Shown: positions 23,208 to 34,434, numbered from the stretch's first letter. The stretch: DNA of 64,000 nucleotides from an uncultured Acidobacteriota bacterium (GCA_963827655.1 CAWHCF010000044.1:1-64000), one strand, 5' to 3'. Translations and numbers: made by a program. Notes: a model not told the origin generated them from the sequence alone.

Positions 23208-23394
23208 ACAGGCCGTCGGAGCTGGCCACGGATTGAAAAGATGCTGGCACTGCGCGTCATGCATCCCAATGGTGATGGGAAAGATTGTTGGGGCAAAGCG
23301 GCATGAAGTGACTCCCACTTCCAATTGCACCCCGTCAATCACGCACGCTGGCCGAAAGCACAAGTTCTTCGTATCCTTATCCTTTATCCTTATC

Positions 23395-23485
23395 ATCTGA
23401 TTGCGTTCTCATGCCGGACGCGGAACTTTTGCAGCAGTTGTCAGGCCAAGCGGGCCGTCCTGTTTGCCGAGAAACTTGCTGCGGT
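23395..23485 (+). pseudogene. IS91-family transposase zinc-binding fragment
   Basis: LIAFSCRTRNFCSSCQAKRAVLFAEKL. Confidence 0.75.
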
Positions 23486-23853
23486 GCATCACCCGGCATC
23501 AAGAAGACCCTCGACCCAAGCCACATCAAATCCGGCTGGATCCGAATTTCGCCCGGCGGATCTGCACATTCATATGCGGAATAATGTGCTGAATGGGATG
23601 CCGAGCGGTGATCCGCGCTCGCGAGCCATCCACCGGCGGACGCACCCATGCCGCGATTTCGAAAACGCCGAGAATGGCCGGAACGATCGGCACGGGTCGG
23701 CCCTGGCGAGCGGTTCTAGCATCCCACGCGCCGTCGGCCGGATCGCCATGAAGTTCCCGGGTGAATGGCGATTCTCGCCCGGCGCTCGATCAGGTTTCTG
23801 GTAATCTGTTGGGGATACTCGAGGCTTCGAAACTCAGCAGAGGCAACTGAATC

Positions 23854-25071
23854 ATGAGATCGATCGTCCGATACGGTGCCGTCATCCTTCTGGCTGCGGC
23901 ATTCCTCCCGAGGTTCGAATTCACGCGGGGCATGCGGGCAGCCCAGTCGGCCGCCACCCAGCAGCGCGCTCCGGCGGCCCAGCCGGTCGTCGATCCGGAC
24001 GGACAGGTAATCCGCTCGGAGCGCCAGTCGTTCCGGATTGAAGTCCTTGCGCGGGGCGTGGAGACGCCCTGGGGTCTGGCATTTCTGCCGGACGGCCGAT
24101 TGTTGATCACGGAGCGCCCCGGCCGGCTCCGGATTCTAGCCGGCGGCAAACTCCTTTCCGAGGCCGTCGCCGGGACGCCGGCGGTTTGGGAGCGTCAGGA
24201 CGGCGGACTGTTCGACGTCGAGGTGCATCCGAGGTATGCCGAAAACGGATGGATCTATCTCTCCTACTCCGAGCCTGGCCCGAACGAGACTTCGATGACC
24301 GCGATCGTCCGTGGCCGCATCCGGGACAACAGGTGGGTAGACCAGCAGTTCATCTTCCACGCGCCTCCGGAGCTTTACACGGCGAGCAACATCCACTACG
24401 GCTCGCGCTTCCTCTTCGACAAGCAGGGGAGCCTCTTCTATTCCATCGGTGACCGAGGCAAGATCGACGATGCGCAGGACCTGTCGAAACCGGCCGGCAA
24501 GGTGCACCGCGTGCAAGACGACGGATCGGCCCTCAAGGACAACCCGTTCGCGAACCGCCCGGGCGCGCTGCCGTCGATCTGGACGTACGGCCACCGCAAT
24601 CCTCAGGGGCTGGTGTTCGACGCGGCCGGCAGAATGTGGGAGTCCGAGCATGGCCCGCGCGGTGGAGATGAGCTGAACCGGCTGGAGCCCGGGCGCAACT
24701 ACGGCTGGGGCGTGATCAGCCACGGCATTCAAGAGGGCATCACCAAGACCGAGCAGGAAGGGATGGAACAGCCCATCGTCCACTGGACCCCGGCGATCGG
24801 ACCAAGCAGCATCGTCTTCTACAGCGGCAATCGCTATCCGCAGTGGAGGAACCACCTCTTCGTGAGCGCGCTCGGAGGCCAGCAGCTCCGGCGGCTCGAG
24901 GTCGCCGGCGACAGCGTCACGCACCAGGAAGCGGTCTTCACGCAGTTCGGCCGCGTGCGCGACCTCACCGTCGGGCCCGACGGGTACTTCTATGTCGCGT
25001 TGCAGATTCCGGGAGCGCGTCTGTCCGACTCGACCCAGGGATTCGTGGTTCGCCTCATGCCGGTCCCGTGA
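23854..25071 (+). CDS. PQQ-dependent sugar dehydrogenase (GSDH/YliI family)
   Basis: PWGLAFLPDG, YGHRNPQG, EHGPRGGDELN, GRVRD; signal peptide. Confidence 0.93.
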   Translation: MRSIVRYGAVILLAAAFLPRFEFTRGMRAAQSAATQQRAPAAQPVVDPDGQVIRSERQSFRIEVLARGVETPWGLAFLPDGRLLITERPGRLRILAGGKLLSEAVAGTPAVWERQDGGLFDVEVHPRYAENGWIYLSYSEPGPNETSMTAIVRGRIRDNRWVDQQFIFHAPPELYTASNIHYGSRFLFDKQGSLFYSIGDRGKIDDAQDLSKPAGKVHRVQDDGSALKDNPFANRPGALPSIWTYGHRNPQGLVFDAAGRMWESEHGPRGGDELNRLEPGRNYGWGVISHGIQEGITKTEQEGMEQPIVHWTPAIGPSSIVFYSGNRYPQWRNHLFVSALGGQQLRRLEVAGDSVTHQEAVFTQFGRVRDLTVGPDGYFYVALQIPGARLSDSTQGFVVRLMPVP

Positions 25072-25111
25072 CTCGCGCGGCCGCAGGCCGGGCTCACTTG
25101 AATTCTGACTT

Positions 25112-27193
25112 CTACTGCGTTGAAGTTGCGGGCTTTTTCTCTGCGGCAGGCTCCGTCGCGGGGGGATTGTTCAAATACTTTCCGAAAAATGTCAGGTAAC
25201 GCCGCAGCCGGTCGAGCTGGTGACGCGGCTCGAGAATGCCGTGGCCTTCACGGGGATAAACCACGAACTCAACGGGAACTCCCATTTCAACCAGGGCGCG
25301 GTAGAATTCCTGGGCCTGAGCGATTGGAACTCGGACATCGTTCTGGCCATGCATGATCAAGGTCGGCGTCTTGACCCGCTTTACATGCTTCATGGGCGAA
25401 CGATCCCAATAAAGCTCGAAGTTGTCCCAGGGGGACTTGTCATCATAGAACCAGCGCAGATATCGCTGGATGTCGTTCTGCGAATACATCGAGTAAATGT
25501 TGGTCAGACCGGCGCCGGGCGAGACTGCCTTGAACCGGTCGGTCTGGGTCAGCATCCAGAAGGTCATGTAACCGCCGTAAGACCACCCAAAGGCCCCGAG
25601 TCTTTCCGGGTCAGCCCACCCCCTGTCCACGACAAACTGGAGACCTGTCATGCAATCCTCATAGTCTCCGAGCCCCCAGGTGTTTTTGTTCGCCATCGCG
25701 AATTTTTCCCCTCGTCCGATAGAGCCGCGGAAATTCGGTTGGAGGATGAGGTAGCCGTTTGCGGCGAGAAGCTGCGCGGTCGCGTTGAACGAGGTCAACG
25801 ACGCACCGGTCGGCCCTCCGTGGGGGTTGACCAGAAACGGATACTTCCTCGATGCGTTGAATCCGACGGGTTTCGTCAGAACTCCTTCGATCTCCGCGCC
25901 ATCCTTGCTCTTCCAGCGGACGACTTCCGCATCGCCAAGGGCGTACTCCTTGAGCCAACCGTTATGGTCGGTGATCCGTTCAACGGAGCGGAAGGTCATG
26001 TCGGATCGGTAGATTTCGGTGGGCTGGCCCGGGTTGTTGAAAGTGCCCACGATGGTTCTCCCGTCGGTTGAGACATCGGCAATCGAGATAACGCTGTTAT
26101 TCTGGGTGACCTGCTTTATGGCGCCCGATGCAACATCGCAGGAAAATACTTCGGCTGCCTGGCGGGTGGTGGTCCCGAACAGGATCACCTTGGAATCCGG
26201 AGACCAGTTCGGGGAGCCGGCATCGAGATCGAATGCCGATGTGAGTATGCGGGGCGTTCCTCCTTGCGCGGGTATCACATGCAGGTCGGGCTGAACCACG
26301 CCGTCGGCGCGTGGAGTTCCAGTGTACGCAATCCACTGGCCGTCCGGCGACCAACGAGCGGCCTGGTCGGACCCGGGATTCTCGATCAGTTTCTTCCGTT
26401 CGCCAGACGCAACGGTCAGAATCCAGATGTCCGTGAGACTGCCATCGTCCGCCTTGGGCGTCGGATTCGCTGTGAAGCTGAGACGGGTGCCATCAGGAGA
26501 CCACTGCGGGTCGCTGCACGTGTAGTCCCCTTGCGTGAGACGCTTTCCCTCTTTGGCTTCAATGTCCCACAGCCAAAGGTGGGTCATTTTGTGGTCGCGG
26601 TCCACCAGAATCGTGTCGTCTTTGAGCTTTTTCGCTTCCTCTTCCTCTTTCGCGGGTTGATCTACAGCCGTCAACGCCAGCTTCTTTCCATCCGGCGAGA
26701 AGCGGAATCCGCTGACACCCCCCTTGTGCGTCGTGATCTGCCAGGCCTCGCCCCCATCGGCCGCAATGAACCAAACTTGCCGCTCCGCTTCTTTTTCACG
26801 ATTTGTCAAGAACGCTAGATATCTACCGTCGGGGGACCAATCGGGGTTGGTGGCATTTTTCTCGCCGCGTGTGAACTGGCGGGCGTCCTTGCCGTCGCTC
26901 GAAACAACCCACACCTGAGTGACGGTCTTCCATTCCTTATCTTTATCCATGGTAGTCTCGGCCACGGTGTACGCGACTCTATTGCCGCCCGGAGAAAGCG
27001 CCGGAGCGGCGACGGACTTGATTTTGAGACTATCCAGCGAGGTCAGGAGCTTCTTCCCGTCATGCGCGCGAGGAATCGGATTTTCCTTGTCGGCCGCTGC
27101 CATAACGTTTTCGCGGACAGGAAACGTGCCGGCAAGTCCCAAAGCCAGCACAACGACTGCGGTACGCGTGAAGACACTTGTTCGATCGCTCAT
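25112..27193 (-). CDS. S9-family peptidase (prolyl oligopeptidase/acylaminoacyl peptidase)
   Basis: Beta-propeller repeats, HGGP, GWSYGG, D.RVP, EGH. Confidence 0.93.
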   Translation of the reverse strand: MSDRTSVFTRTAVVVLALGLAGTFPVRENVMAAADKENPIPRAHDGKKLLTSLDSLKIKSVAAPALSPGGNRVAYTVAETTMDKDKEWKTVTQVWVVSSDGKDARQFTRGEKNATNPDWSPDGRYLAFLTNREKEAERQVWFIAADGGEAWQITTHKGGVSGFRFSPDGKKLALTAVDQPAKEEEEAKKLKDDTILVDRDHKMTHLWLWDIEAKEGKRLTQGDYTCSDPQWSPDGTRLSFTANPTPKADDGSLTDIWILTVASGERKKLIENPGSDQAARWSPDGQWIAYTGTPRADGVVQPDLHVIPAQGGTPRILTSAFDLDAGSPNWSPDSKVILFGTTTRQAAEVFSCDVASGAIKQVTQNNSVISIADVSTDGRTIVGTFNNPGQPTEIYRSDMTFRSVERITDHNGWLKEYALGDAEVVRWKSKDGAEIEGVLTKPVGFNASRKYPFLVNPHGGPTGASLTSFNATAQLLAANGYLILQPNFRGSIGRGEKFAMANKNTWGLGDYEDCMTGLQFVVDRGWADPERLGAFGWSYGGYMTFWMLTQTDRFKAVSPGAGLTNIYSMYSQNDIQRYLRWFYDDKSPWDNFELYWDRSPMKHVKRVKTPTLIMHGQNDVRVPIAQAQEFYRALVEMGVPVEFVVYPREGHGILEPRHQLDRLRRYLTFFGKYLNNPPATEPAAEKKPATSTQ

Positions 27194-27787
27194 GGATCAT
27201 CCCCATCTCTGAAAAAAGACTCCGACGCCCGCGACCAACCCGACAAGCAGCGGCAATCCAGTTTTTGCCAACCATACCGATCACGGGCCGAATGTGGCGC
27301 GTCAAGCGCCTTCCGATGCCGATCTCGATTGTGCGCTGAGCCACACCTTGAAAGAGCGGGTAGGCGAAACAAGGAGCCTCTCGGCTGTGCTCTGCGGCCC
27401 TTACCTCAACTCTGATTTCAGCTCGTGTGTTAACTTCCGGCAGTTCCTATCTCGTCGCCAGCCGGCCCGGCCATCTTACCTCGATCGATGCCGGCAACAG
27501 TGGAGTTTTTCGCACACTTCCCCTCCCGGTCGCAGCGCTGCGACTCGCCGCATCAATTCAGCGCGCGAATATTTTGCGTGGCCGCGGCATGCCTTGTTTC
27601 GAACGTCGTGTCGGCATCGAGCGGCGTCGAGCAGCCCTTCGAACCACGGATTCCGTGATCAATCGGCGGTCCGTGAGCAGTCTCGGTGAAGGTGGACGCC
27701 GCTTTCCCATAGAGTTCCCAGCAAGATTGCCGGGAGGAGATCAAGAGATCCCGCGTACTCGATTTGGTTTTGTGATAAGTTTCCTCC

Positions 27788-28195
27788 GTGAGGAGATACA
27801 CGGAACAACACGCCAGATCAGGCATCGAGGCCGTGCTGCCCGAGATCGAGTGCTGGGAAAATCAGTATCCGGATTATGAAATCGAAATTATCCTTCCAGA
27901 ATACACAGCCATTTGCCCTCGAACCGGCCTGCCTGATTTTGGGACCCTCTACGTGAGTTATGTTCCAGACAAGCGGTGCCTCGAGCTCAAATCCTTGAAG
28001 GAATACATCACGGCCTACCGCAATCTCGGCATCTTCTATGAAAATGCGGTCAATCGCATTCTCCGGGACCTGGTCGAGGCCTGCAAACCTATTTCGATGC
28101 GTGTCCGCGGTGAATTCACTCCCCGGGGAGGAATTCAGAGTCGAGTCGAGGCACGCTACAGCAGACCGAAGTCCAAGCGGAGGAGCCGGAGTTAA
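27788..28195 (+). CDS. queF: preQ1 synthase (type I QueF)
   Basis: PEYTAICPRTGLPDF, ELKSLK, RGGI. Confidence 0.95.
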   Translation: MRRYTEQHARSGIEAVLPEIECWENQYPDYEIEIILPEYTAICPRTGLPDFGTLYVSYVPDKRCLELKSLKEYITAYRNLGIFYENAVNRILRDLVEACKPISMRVRGEFTPRGGIQSRVEARYSRPKSKRRSRS

Positions 28196-28233
28196 CTCGA
28201 TCGGCCTGATCACTTGATGACCAATCGATTCGT

Positions 28234-28626
28234 ATGAGCCCGGTAGAGCTGAAGAGATACGTTCGTTGGGCGGATGCTGACGCCGCCGGCAGGCTGTATT
28301 TCCCTCGGATTTTCGATTATTTTGGCGAGGCGGAACGGGAACTGATGCGCCGTACCGGTTTTCCCCAGGGGGACGGCTTCGACTTTCCTCGCATACATGC
28401 CGAGTGCGAATTCCGCAAGGTGCTCGCGCTCTATGCTTCCTTCACGATCCGGATATCCGTGGGAAAGTTGGGCCGCACCTCCATACGCTATGATTTCCGT
28501 GTCTTTGCCGATGGCGAGCAGGAAGAGCCCGCCGCGTCGGGCTCGATCACAGTCGTGGTAGTGCAGCACGGCAAGCCGGTCGAGATCCCTGCAGCCTTGC
28601 GCTCGGCCCTGGCCGCCGGAGACTAA
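28234..28626 (+). CDS. 4HBT-like acyl-CoA thioesterase
   Basis: VRWADADAAG..YF hot-dog motif. Confidence 0.85.
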   Translation: MSPVELKRYVRWADADAAGRLYFPRIFDYFGEAERELMRRTGFPQGDGFDFPRIHAECEFRKVLALYASFTIRISVGKLGRTSIRYDFRVFADGEQEEPAASGSITVVVVQHGKPVEIPAALRSALAAGD

Positions 28627-28714
28627 CCGGCGGGCGGCGTGTCATCGAGACCGGCCCTTTTCGTCTTCGCGCCTTGGTGGTAAATTGCCAATGGCTGCCA
28701 AGAGAGGCTTGTAA

Positions 28715-30760
28715 ATGTCAGATGAAAAGTACACCAACGCTCTGGTCCACGAAACCAGCCCTTACCTGCTCCAGCATTCTCACAATCCGGTCTCCTGGTA
28801 CCCCTGGTCGGAACCGGCATTGCAGCGCGCCCGGCAGGAAGACAAACCGATACTGTTGAGCATAGGATACTCGGCTTGTCACTGGTGTCATGTGATGGAA
28901 CACGAATCGTTCGAGAATGAAGCGATCGCGCGCATCATGAACGAGAATTTCATCAACATCAAGGTCGACCGCGAAGAGCGACCGGATCTGGATGCAATCT
29001 ATATGAACGCCGTCCAGATGATGACCGGGAGCGGCGGTTGGCCGATGACCGTATTCCTGACGCCCGACCAGGTACCATTCTATGGCGGAACCTATTACCC
29101 GCCGGAAGACCGTCACGGAATGCCCGGGTTCCCCCGCATTCTACTGAGTGTTGCCCAGGCCTACCGGGAACGAAAAAGCGAGATCACGCGTGATGCCGGA
29201 ACAATTCTCAGCGAATTGCAGAAGGGTGGCCGCCTGCCAGCTTCCGAAACTGAGCTGAGCATCGACCTCCTCGATGCCGCGGCGCGGAATCTTCTTGCCA
29301 ATTACGACTCGCAGCACGGGGGCTTTGGCAGGGCGCCCAAGTTTCCGCCGTCGATGACTATGACCTTCCTCCTCCGATCCTACCGGCGTTCCGGAGACCG
29401 CAGATATCTGGACGCCGTGGAACTAACCCTGGAAAAGATGGCCACCGGGGGGATCTACGACCAACTCGGCGGCGGTTTTCACCGCTATTCGGTCGATCAG
29501 TACTGGCTGGTTCCGCACTTTGAAAAGATGCTCTACGACAATGCCCTGTTGAGCCGCATATACCTGGACGCCTACCTGGCCACTCGCAATGATCTCTATC
29601 GGCGAATCACGGAAGAAACACTCGATTACGTGGTGCGGGAAATGGTCTCTCCTGAAGGGGGGTTCTACTCGACGCAGGATGCCGACAGCGAGGGTCACGA
29701 GGGAAAGTTTTTTGTTTGGACCCCGAAGGAAGTAGAAGAAATCCTGGGCGAGAAGGATGGCGATATCTTTTGCCGTTATTTCGACGTCACTCCCGAAGGC
29801 AACTTCGAAGGTAAGAATATCCTGCACGTTCCACGTGATGGCCGGACGGTCGCGAAGCTAAACCGGGTAGAAGAGGAAGAGTTTTGGGGGATTATCAAAC
29901 GCGGCAAGAAGCATCTGTTCGAGGCTCGAGAAACCAGGGTCAAGCCTGGACGGGATGAAAAAATCCTGACGGCATGGAACGCTCTGATGCTGCGCAGCTT
30001 CGCCGAAGCAGCCAACGGCCTGGATCGGGATGATTATCGCAGCGTGGCCGTTAGCAACGCCGAGTTCATTCTCTCGAAGCTGGAGCGTAACGGCCGTCTG
30101 CTTCGCACCTACAAGGACGGTAAAGCGAAACTTCCTGCGTACCTCGAAGACTACGCCTACCTGATCGACGCCTTCCTGTCACTCTACGAGGCTACCTTCG
30201 AACTGCGCTGGATCAAGGAAGCTCAACGGCTGTCGGAGATTCTGGTCAAACAATTCTGGGATAGCGACGCGGGCGGCTTTTTCTTCACAGCCGCCGATCA
30301 TGAGTCGCTGATCAGCCGCCCCAAGGACTTTTACGATAACGCTACTCCGGCCGGCAATTCCGTCGCGGCGCACGCGCTCCTGCGCCTGGGGAAACTCACC
30401 GGAGACGAGAGCTGGGCCGGCTACTCGGACTCGGTGCTGAGAATGCTGGCCGCTTCGATGTCGCGCTACCCTTCGGCCTTCGGCAATTTCCTTTGCGCGC
30501 TCGATTTTTGCCTGTCGAGACCCAAAGAAATCGCAATCATTGGAGATCCGCTCGAACAAGCGACGCGCAGCCTGTTGAGGAAGATATTCGGCCGCTACCT
30601 TCCCAACAAGGTTGTTGCCTGCAGCCCATCCGACGGTCTTTTCTTGTTGAAGAATCGGTCACAGATCGATAGCAAACCCACCGTTTACGTCTGTGAGAAT
30701 TACGCCTGCCGCGCGCCTGTCAACACGCCGGAGGAACTGGAGTCGGTGCTGGAAGAGTAG
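28715..30760 (+). CDS. Thioredoxin-domain protein YyaL/SSP411 (DUF255)
   Basis: [31 protein letters not shown]. Confidence 0.95.
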   Translation: MSDEKYTNALVHETSPYLLQHSHNPVSWYPWSEPALQRARQEDKPILLSIGYSACHWCHVMEHESFENEAIARIMNENFINIKVDREERPDLDAIYMNAVQMMTGSGGWPMTVFLTPDQVPFYGGTYYPPEDRHGMPGFPRILLSVAQAYRERKSEITRDAGTILSELQKGGRLPASETELSIDLLDAAARNLLANYDSQHGGFGRAPKFPPSMTMTFLLRSYRRSGDRRYLDAVELTLEKMATGGIYDQLGGGFHRYSVDQYWLVPHFEKMLYDNALLSRIYLDAYLATRNDLYRRITEETLDYVVREMVSPEGGFYSTQDADSEGHEGKFFVWTPKEVEEILGEKDGDIFCRYFDVTPEGNFEGKNILHVPRDGRTVAKLNRVEEEEFWGIIKRGKKHLFEARETRVKPGRDEKILTAWNALMLRSFAEAANGLDRDDYRSVAVSNAEFILSKLERNGRLLRTYKDGKAKLPAYLEDYAYLIDAFLSLYEATFELRWIKEAQRLSEILVKQFWDSDAGGFFFTAADHESLISRPKDFYDNATPAGNSVAAHALLRLGKLTGDESWAGYSDSVLRMLAASMSRYPSAFGNFLCALDFCLSRPKEIAIIGDPLEQATRSLLRKIFGRYLPNKVVACSPSDGLFLLKNRSQIDSKPTVYVCENYACRAPVNTPEELESVLEE

Positions 30761-30796
30761 CAGGCCGGCACCCTCAGAATCGCGTCCGCAAACGAA

Positions 30797-30980
30797 TGAA
30801 TCTTAGTGTTTCTTCGTGATTGCGGTCTTGTATTTGTTAGACAGCTCTGAAGGGCAAAGAGAGAAGACCCAAAGCTAAGAGCACTCGGTTGCGGCCTCAT
30901 GGCCGCGTTGTGTCCTAGCGGTATTGGTTTCGCAGTGCTAACCACAAAGACACGAAGCCACGAAGAAACACGAAGACTAT
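30797..30980. repeat. Dispersed intergenic repeat, copy 1, followed by cacgaag-type octamers
   Basis: gtatttgttagacagctct and ggttgcggcctca are reverse complements of blocks at 47674-47741. Confidence 0.7.
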
Positions 30981-31107
30981 TTAGTTGCGGGCCGCGAGCC
31001 GCGTCAGAGAAACCGTGTATTTAGTTCGGGTAATTTTCAAGAATTCCTTGCACAGCGGCCTCATAACCCTTACCCTGGATGCACCGAAACCGAGGAGAGA
31101 AATAACC

Positions 31108-32529
31108 ATGGGAAAAACCACTCGACGTAGCTTTCTCAAACATTCGGCCGTCGCCGGCCTGGCGGCCTCTTCATGGACCCGCGCCTTCGGCGCCAATGAC
31201 GCCATCCGCGTCGCCGTCGTCGGCTTCAACGGCCGGGGCAAAAGCCACATCAACGCTTTCGAAAAGATGGAAGGAGTGCGGCTCGTCGCGCTTTGCGACG
31301 CCGACCGGGACGTGCTCGACAAGCAAGCCAAGAGGCTGCAGGACGCCGGCAAGCCGGTCGAATGCTACACCGATGTGCGCAAGGTAATCGAAAACAAGAA
31401 CATCGACGCGATTGCGACGGCAACACCGAATCACTGGCACTCGCTCCTTACCATCTGGGCCTGCCAGGGAGGCAAGGACGTCTACGTCGAGAAGCCGGTC
31501 TCGCACAACGTTTGGGAAGGGCGCAAGATGGTCGAAGCGGCCGAGAAGTACGGCAGGATAGTCCAGACCGGCACTCAGAGCCGCTCGAATATGGCTCTGC
31601 GCGAGGCGCTGGACTGGGCGAAGGCTGGCAATCTCGGCAAGATCAAGATCGCGCGCGGCCTCTGCTACAAGCGGCGGGACAGCATCGGCAAGGTCGATGG
31701 GCCACAAACGATTCCCGCATCGGTCGATTATGACCTCTGGTGCGGCCCGGCCCCGAAGGGTCCGCTGATGCGCAAGAATCTGCACTACGACTGGCACTGG
31801 GTCTGGCCAACCGGAAACGGCGATGTCGGCAACCAGGGAATCCACCAGATGGACATTTGCCGCTGGGCTCTGGGTAAGAATTCGCTAGCGCCGCGCGTAC
31901 TCAGCGTCGGCGGGCGCTTCGGCTACGTCGATGACGGCGAAACACCGAATACCCAGTTCGTCGTCCACGACTACGGGGATACTCTGCTCATCTTCGAGGT
32001 CCGCGGTTTGCCGGCCAAACCAGGCGGAAAAGAGATGGATGTCTACCGCTCCCAGAGCGTGGGACACGTGATCGAGTGCGAAGGAGGTTATATCGCCGGC
32101 ACCACCGCCTATGACAATCAGGGTAAGGAGATCAAGAAGTTCACCGGCAGCGAGCGGGAAGCTCACTTCGAAAACTTCATTAAAGCAGTCCGCAGCCGCA
32201 AGCCGTCAGACCTCAACGCTCCCATCCTCGAGGGGCACCTCTCGAGCGCACTCTGCCACACGGGCAACATCTCGTATCAGCTCGGCAAGCAGACCAGCCC
32301 CGAGGAGATTCAAGATGCCCTCAAGGCCGACAAGGCGGCGTGCGAGACACTCGAACGTTTTACCGCGCACCTTGCGACACACGGCATCGACCTGAAGAGC
32401 ACAAAGCCAACTTTTGGCCCGCATCTCAAGATGGATCCCAAGACGGAGCGATTCATCGGCAATGACAAAGCTAACCAGCTTCTCACCCAGGAATATCGCA
32501 AGCCGTTCGTGGTAACAGAGAAAGTCTGA
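31108..32529 (+). CDS. Tat-exported Gfo/Idh/MocA oxidoreductase
   Basis: TRRSFLK signal, ATPNHWH, VYVEKP; GAGGAG RBS before 31108. Confidence 0.92.
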   Translation: MGKTTRRSFLKHSAVAGLAASSWTRAFGANDAIRVAVVGFNGRGKSHINAFEKMEGVRLVALCDADRDVLDKQAKRLQDAGKPVECYTDVRKVIENKNIDAIATATPNHWHSLLTIWACQGGKDVYVEKPVSHNVWEGRKMVEAAEKYGRIVQTGTQSRSNMALREALDWAKAGNLGKIKIARGLCYKRRDSIGKVDGPQTIPASVDYDLWCGPAPKGPLMRKNLHYDWHWVWPTGNGDVGNQGIHQMDICRWALGKNSLAPRVLSVGGRFGYVDDGETPNTQFVVHDYGDTLLIFEVRGLPAKPGGKEMDVYRSQSVGHVIECEGGYIAGTTAYDNQGKEIKKFTGSEREAHFENFIKAVRSRKPSDLNAPILEGHLSSALCHTGNISYQLGKQTSPEEIQDALKADKAACETLERFTAHLATHGIDLKSTKPTFGPHLKMDPKTERFIGNDKANQLLTQEYRKPFVVTEKV

Positions 32530-32712
32530 CCCCGACGATACTCTCAGGTTGAACGCGGAGAACGCGAAACAATCCTTCATACAGCGTTCTCCGCGTTCGG
32601 CCGGTTCCCGAAAAGATTGGTTTCAACCACCCGCGCAGCTAAAGGCGCGCTCTTGTGTGCGCAAGCTCTCGATTGACCGGGAGCCTTTTGGCTTGTGTGG
32701 CGCGAGTCATCA

Positions 32713-32914
32713 GAGACTGTTGCAAAACTCGCCCGCTTCGTGTGCGGACGGGCTATCAAGCCCGTCCGGCCCCCGATTGGCACCAACGATCTCTTTAAGC
32801 GGCAAATCATTCCGATCGCAGTATTTGCGACGGGCCTGATAGCCCGTCGCCACATGTGCTCGGACAAATATCTGAGCCGATCTACAGGGGAGCGCCGAGT
32901 TTTGCAACGGTCTC
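32713..32914. mobile_element. 202-bp MITE with 19-bp TIRs and ATCA target duplication
   Basis: gagactgttgcaaaactcg ... cgagttttgcaacggtctc; atca at 32709-32712 and 32915-32918. Confidence 0.8.
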
Positions 32915-33014
32915 ATCAGACCCGTGGCTCGAGTTTGCGACATTTTGCGGGCCGTCCGATCTCGCCAGTATGAGCATCTTGCCGACCGGAAATACCGACT
33001 CGTGACCCAAACAC

Positions 33015-33704
33015 CTAGTCTTCGGATAGCGCCACACGGAAGCCATAGTCGGTGTAACGGAACGTTGGATCAAGCGAGCTGCGCGCGGAGCAGCGCGTCA
33101 CTTTTATTTGATGCCGCCAGGAGCCGCCGCGCGATGCCTTTCGCCGGCCCGATGGAGGACCTTGGGGATTCGATCTAGGGCTTGCCCGGTAATAATCCTT
33201 TCCATACCAATCCAGGCACCATTCGTGAACGTTGTCAGCCAGATTGCAGAGGCCGAATGCATTGGCCGGCCCACCCACCAATTCGGGACCTCCTTCTAAC
33301 CATCGACGGCCATACTCGCCAGTATCACGCTCAGCAGTTTCGCCCCACGGGTATGCCGTCGTTGTGCCTCCTCTGCAGGCCAGCTCCCTTTCAGCTTCAG
33401 TCGGCAGCCGGTAGCGCTTTCCCTGTTGCCGGCTCAGCCATTCGCAGTAGGCCGCGGCTTCGAACCAGTTGACCGCCACGACGGGCTGATCCGGGTGATT
33501 GAAGCGAGGGTCGTTCCAGCAGACAGGAGCGGCAATGCCACTCTCCCTGAGAAAGAGCGCGTATTCCCGATTGGTAACCGCGCAACGACCCAGATAGAAG
33601 GGAGCGAGTTCGACCGTGTGCGGCGGAGCCTCGTCCTCTTGCCCCGCGTCGCTTCCCATAACGAACGTTCCTCCCGGAACAAGAATCAGCAAGAGGGGCT
33701 CCAT
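33015..33704 (-). CDS. Formylglycine-generating enzyme (SUMF1) family protein
   Basis: F.MGS, P.HTV, RLPTEAE, N..EW, RGGSW, GFR. Confidence 0.9.
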   Translation of the reverse strand: MEPLLLILVPGGTFVMGSDAGQEDEAPPHTVELAPFYLGRCAVTNREYALFLRESGIAAPVCWNDPRFNHPDQPVVAVNWFEAAAYCEWLSRQQGKRYRLPTEAERELACRGGTTTAYPWGETAERDTGEYGRRWLEGGPELVGGPANAFGLCNLADNVHEWCLDWYGKDYYRASPRSNPQGPPSGRRKASRGGSWRHQIKVTRCSARSSLDPTFRYTDYGFRVALSED

Positions 33705-33999
33705 CGGTCAATCCTGATCGGACCGTCGTTTTCTCTTTCGGCCAGGCCGGTACGCCAAAAGCAGGAATATTCTGCCGGCCTTTATTGCTCATCAACTAAT
33801 CACCAATCGAATTAGAACATTACAACATCCAGGCGTCTTCGCGCTTAAGCCTGAAACGCGAAGCTCCTCCAATCGGTTTCTCCCGTGATCGCAATATGAT
33901 AAGATTCTTGCTCTTATCGCGACGGCCCGGCAGGGTACGACGAGGCGTCGAAGACGTTGGTTACGGATGCAATCGGGAATACATCAGGAGGATAGAACG

Positions 34000-34434
34000 A
34001 TGATTAAAACTGCAAAGACAGCTGCTCTCGGCTTCTTACTTACCGCGCTGGCACTGGTGAACTTTCAGGCTTTCAGCCAGGATGACAAGGCTCCCAAGGA
34101 TATTCAAACAAAGAAAAACCCCGTAGCCTCATCGGATGCGGTGCTCGCTAAAGCCAAAGCCAATTATGAAGAGAACTGTTTGATGTGCCACGGCGAGACC
34201 GGCAAGGGGGATGGACCGATGGCCAGTATGTTGAAAGAGAGACCGGCCGACATTTCAGACGCCAAGATCCTGGCTGAGGTAACGGACGGTGAAATCTTCT
34301 GGATCATCACCAAAGGGAAAAAACCGATGCCCCCCTTTGAAACCAAGCTCTCCGAGGAAGACCGCTGGAGTCTGGTTCACCTGATGCGAACCATGTCGAA
34401 AACTAAACCAAATACCAACCCCAAGTCCCAATAG
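34000..34434 (+). CDS. Exported mono-heme cytochrome c
   Basis: Signal peptide, CLMCH, MPPF; AGGAGG RBS. Confidence 0.9.
   Translation: MIKTAKTAALGFLLTALALVNFQAFSQDDKAPKDIQTKKNPVASSDAVLAKAKANYEENCLMCHGETGKGDGPMASMLKERPADISDAKILAEVTDGEIFWIITKGKKPMPPFETKLSEEDRWSLVHLMRTMSKTKPNTNPKSQ

Noticed and set aside
27700-27787. preQ1 riboswitch upstream of queF
   Set aside because: No P1 stem with the conserved loop and A-rich tail
30941-30980. CRISPR-like array
   Set aside because: Units are about 8 nt with no unique spacers, and there are no cas genes
33898-33918. gataaga-N7-tcttatc palindrome as an operator
   Set aside because: Single short instance with no cognate regulator in view; cannot be supported
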